NCBI GenBank assembly: GCA_025603075.1
Contig: MU626355.1
Location: forward strand, 16,788-80,787
Direction: 5' to 3'
DNA length: 64,000 nt
Origin: Neoconidiobolus thromboides FSU 785
Lineage: Eukaryota > Fungi > Entomophthoromycota
Below the pieces are notes generated by a model that was given only the letters and a program-made list of their open reading frames with translations, searched no databases and was not told the DNA's origin. The translations under genes were made by a program, and so were the position numbers. Shown here one piece after another: positions 60,182-64,000 of this stretch (positions are counted from its first letter, which is position 1; every line of letters starts with the position of its first letter).

Positions 60182-60965
60182 TAATCAAAGAATCGTGAAA
60201 GATTGCACATTTGAATGTACAATCGTATACTTATAAAATAGCTATTCTTTTGAAATTTTTATAAATCTTAAAAGAGTCATTAAGCTCTTTAAGTGTCTTT
60301 ACAAAATAACAAACTAAAATGGTAAGAGGATTAATAATAGGAAGCCATAGACAAGAGGCCTTGTAAAAATCACTAAAGTTTTAGATTAATATTTTAAAAA
60401 GTGACCCTCTTCTGCTCGGAAAGATAATAATAGATAGACTTAAGTTTGGCCTTACAAAATAATCTCCAGGTGTGGAAGAGTGTAGTAGTGATAGTGGGGG
60501 TGCGTAGTAGTCTCTGGAAGGAATTCTTAAGTGGTAAGAATTGATGAATTTTACTCTAATGTTTTAACAATTAATAGATCATTTGGTAAACATACTATTT
60601 GTTTTTTAAGTTTTACGGATATTATGCTGTATGGATTGTTATAGAACCTATTAAATAAATATATATTATAGGTCATCTTATAATATGGTTGGTTATATAG
60701 TATGAATAATAGTTACTAGTAAAGGGCAAAAGCTATATCAGCAAGGAGCTATAACATAAGCTTGATATACATTATTTTATTAAAACTAGGAATTTTAAGC
60801 TTCTTTAAAAAGTTTCAATAAATTTTAAAATAATTTTTTAATGCTAATTAGAACTTTTCAAAAAAAAAGATATGATATAAATTATTTACTAATTATATAG
60901 ATTCAAAAAATTTTAAGCTTTGATTTATATTTAAAATTTTTACTACTTTATATTTTTATATTTTT

Positions 60966-61064
60966 ATATTTTTTTTGACTTCATTATTTTTTCCATTTTT
61001 TAAGCGCTATTTAAGTGAAAAATTTGTTAGCAAAATCCTTAAATACAGAAATACATCTCCATAT
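60966..61064 (+). mobile_element. MITE-like repeat, copy 14 (left TIR lost)
   Basis: GACTTCATTATT...TAAGCGCTATTTAAGTGAAA...ACATCTCCATAT. Confidence 0.68.
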
Positions 61065-61557
61065 AGTGATCAATATTAAAAAAAGGGAATAACATTTTGA
61101 TTAAAATAGGAAGCTTAATGATATAGCTATTAAAAGCAATATTTTAAACAATGTTTTAACACCTAAAGCCTTTAAGTCTTAAAATCCGATTTTATATAAA
61201 AATGGCTTAGTATAAATTGTACCTTTAATCTAAATTACAATTTTATATTCAAGAATGAAATCACACCTATCATCAGTTTGTTTACATATTAATATTTTTT
61301 ATACTATTAAAAGGGCGTTGGCTTGAATGGTTCATTAATATACATTAACATCAGTTAAAATAAATAGAAATAAGAAAGTAGCCCTTGATTTATGAATATA
61401 TATATTATTATATGATTAACGTCGGTCTCAAGACAAATAAATCTACCAAATGATACATTATTAGTATGATATAAGTCAAAAGCTCTATTTTATTATAAAG
61501 TAATTTTTGAATTTGATTAGTAGCGAAAATTAATTTATAGAGAAAGTTTAACAATGA

Positions 61558-61651
61558 ATAAGGGTATTTTTGATTTCATCACTTTCTCCGTTTTTTAAAT
61601 GCTATTTGAGCATAAAGATTGTTAGTAAAATTCTCAAAAAAATACATCCCC
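61558..61651 (+). mobile_element. MITE-like repeat, copy 15 (decayed)
   Basis: GATTTCATCACTT...GCTATTTGAG...GTTAGTAAAATTCT...ATACATCCCC. Confidence 0.6.
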
Positions 61652-63542
61652 GAATAAATATAGTAAAATGGTATTTTGAAGAAGTAGCATAACGCCTTAT
61701 TAATTTGTTTACTTTAAAATGTAATCCTACATTATTGTGGATCTATTATTTCAGTAGATCAGACACCTTTGATTCACATTCTTTTCAGATGATAGTAACA
61801 AAACGTGATCTTATTTTATTCAATCTATAAATAAAACTTATGGTAATGTATAGAATATTAAATAATAGAAATTAAAGACTTTATCATTTACCTTTATGTA
61901 TCTTAGAGAGAGTCTAAATAAATATGATTGGTTCATTTCTATTTTTTTCAAAATGGATCAAATTTGCAAAAACCAATTAAATTTGAAATCTTAATTTTAC
62001 AAATTATACATTTTTTACTATAAGTTATATATTGTTTAAAACGATGTATAATTTAATATAAATAAATCAAAATAAAATAACGTAAACAGAATAAGATGCT
62101 CTTGCTTTAAAGTCATATTTTTATCTGTAAAAATAAAAAATTACAAGATTTAGAACAAGAGCTTCAAAAAAAATAGTCTATAATTTAAAATCAAAACTAA
62201 TCATAATAGCTATTAATCTGGTTTTAGAGATCCTATTGGCTAATCGATTTCTTAGAAAGTACTTTTTATCAAAACAACTATATAGTTGCTATTTACTCTC
62301 CCGTATTTTATGCTCTATACTAATTACAGATTTAAACGAAACTAAAAAAAATAATGTAATTAAAGTAAACTTGTTAAATTTTTGCCTGAGAAATCTGGTA
62401 GCTCAATATTCATTTTCATTTTTACTAAAGTTATAAATAAACATGTAATGAACTTTTTTCTATTTGGAAAGCAAACCTTCTATGTTTAGAACACCTTAAG
62501 GTTCAGCTACACTCAGGGCGCGAAATATACATATTATCATTATGCTGTATTGTTTATTTATTTCTAAATAATAACAAAGCTTCCAATTCAATTTATTCAT
62601 TATAATTCATAATTAATAGATCATCAATTGTTTGGTAACCACAGTCCAAAAATGGCACTCTGTGGTTTATCATGGTCAAAACAAACTTCTATATTTAACA
62701 TATAAATCAATGTAAATATTACACTATAACCTTTGATAATATTTAATTAAACTGATTCTATAAAACATTTAATTGAAGTCACTATCTAGTACAAAATGAA
62801 CATTTGACACCTAGCCAATCATAATCCACTTTGATATCAAGATTTCGATCTCATCTATATTAGACAAGATGGATATCAACTAAAAGGTGAGTATTAAATT
62901 AATATTTAGGACAAATATCTTTTTTAGGACTTAATGTTAAACTATTCTTTAGGAATCTAAGTTTAGCTTGATCTACTAAGTTTATAAAATGAAATTTTAT
63001 ATATAGAATCTTTAAAGGAGAATTAATAACTACCAAAATAGCCTCTTAGTTATCGTCATTAGTCGTTAAGATAAATGAATGACAATAATAAATAAGCTTT
63101 ACTTACTAACATTAATAATTTTGGATTTACTATTACACTAAGGTGGTATATAAGAGTATCATAGAAAAGCATAGAATAAATAAAATTTACTTAAAATTTA
63201 ATTCAGAATAAATTATTTTTGCAATAATACTTTAAAAGGGTCAGATGAAAGTCACATAGCATTAAAATTAATAGGCTTAGTTCATTAACAAATATAGCTA
63301 CTACTCTACCATTTACTATTAAATTTATTATTCCAATTGACTGTATTATTTATTAACACTATCAAACTTAATGATTAACATGTTTAACCTCATGATTAAT
63401 ATTACATTATTATTCCAAATCCCCTTTTTTAATACTTAGTTTTGTATAGTTCAATAGCAAATAGGTATAAATCCTCTAACCCAGAAATGAGTATAAATAC
63501 TACCATTTATCTCCAATTCAAAAATTATCAATTCACTTAACA

Positions 63543-64000
63543 ATGAAATTGAATAACATTTTATTATCAATCTTTAGTTTATGCTCTGCTGTAGTAGCCC
63601 AAGATAAAGTAGTCGTTGGCTACTATGTACCTTGGGGTAAGGTCGAGCCCGAAGCTTTAAGTTACAGTAAAGTAACTCATATCAATTATGGTTTCGGTGT
63701 ACTTTATAAAAAAGATGATCCAACTTCTATTTTCATTGATCGTTACTATGATGGTAATCGTATTCGTAAATTAAAAACCTTAGCTGCTGCCAAAGGCGTT
63801 AAAGTTTTAATTTCCATTGGTGGTTGGACAGGTTCTCAAACCTTCTCTACCGTTGCTGCTTCTCCTGCTTTACGTGCTAAATTCATTGATAATGCTTTAG
63901 TCTTTGTACGTAAAAATACTAAACCAGATTGGGAAACAAACCCAGATGGTTGGGATTTAGATGGTATTGATCTTGATTGGGAATATCCAGGTAGAGCTGC
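63543..64000 (+). CDS. GH18 chitinase, 5' part (runs off the window end); near-identical core to 23748-25346
   Basis: MKLNNILLSIFSLCSAVVAQDKVVVGYYVPWGKVEPE...LDGIDLDWEYPGRA; not in the supplied ORF track because it has no stop inside the window. Confidence 0.93.
   Translation, partial: MKLNNILLSIFSLCSAVVAQDKVVVGYYVPWGKVEPEALSYSKVTHINYGFGVLYKKDDPTSIFIDRYYDGNRIRKLKTLAAAKGVKVLISIGGWTGSQTFSTVAASPALRAKFIDNALVFVRKNTKPDWETNPDGWDLDGIDLDWEYPGRA

Noticed and set aside
60340-60540. GC-richer island in the gene-free 59.4-63.5 kb interval
   Set aside because: No frame gave a recognisable protein or tRNA/rRNA structure by eye. It may be a decayed element but cannot be assigned.
1-64000. tRNA or rRNA genes
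   Set aside because: No cloverleaf with A/B boxes and no rRNA-like GC-rich tract were recognised by eye; a tRNAscan-SE/Infernal run would be needed to exclude them.

Overview
Very AT-rich eukaryotic DNA with short GT-AG introns and fungal housekeeping genes. The gene set and the intronless 7TM and GH18 expansions suggest an early-diverging fungus such as an entomophthoralean like Conidiobolus; this is an inference, not a database match. Bases ~1-16 kb are a compact, mostly conserved block: 6-phosphogluconate dehydrogenase, an NTF2-like protein, an MLKL-like four-helix-bundle/pseudokinase/Sel1 protein, CBP4, a cyclophilin, the AP-3 beta subunit, a G-patch protein and two Cys-rich GPI-type proteins. 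Bases ~17-64 kb are an expanded, accessory-looking block. It holds seven copies of an intronless ~300-aa class-A-like 7TM receptor (five intact, one frameshifted, one decayed) interleaved with five GH18 chitinases. It also holds an HMT1/ABCB6-type ABC transporter, a complex I NDUFA7-like subunit, an SLC35F transporter, an SreA-type iron GATA factor, an OCH1-like GT32 and a small secreted orphan. A ~105-bp TIR-bounded MITE-like repeat occurs about 15 times. Main leads: (1) a fungal MLKL-like pseudokinase carrying the same GFE-for-DFG substitution as animal MLKL plus Sel1 repeats; (2) a receptor-chitinase array with sharp gene-conversion tracts; (3) a dense array of perfect ATCWGATAA sites upstream of the SreA-like gene; (4) the MITE family and a second TIR element next to receptor genes. 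No CRISPR array, rRNA or convincing tRNA was seen. All alignments were done by eye.
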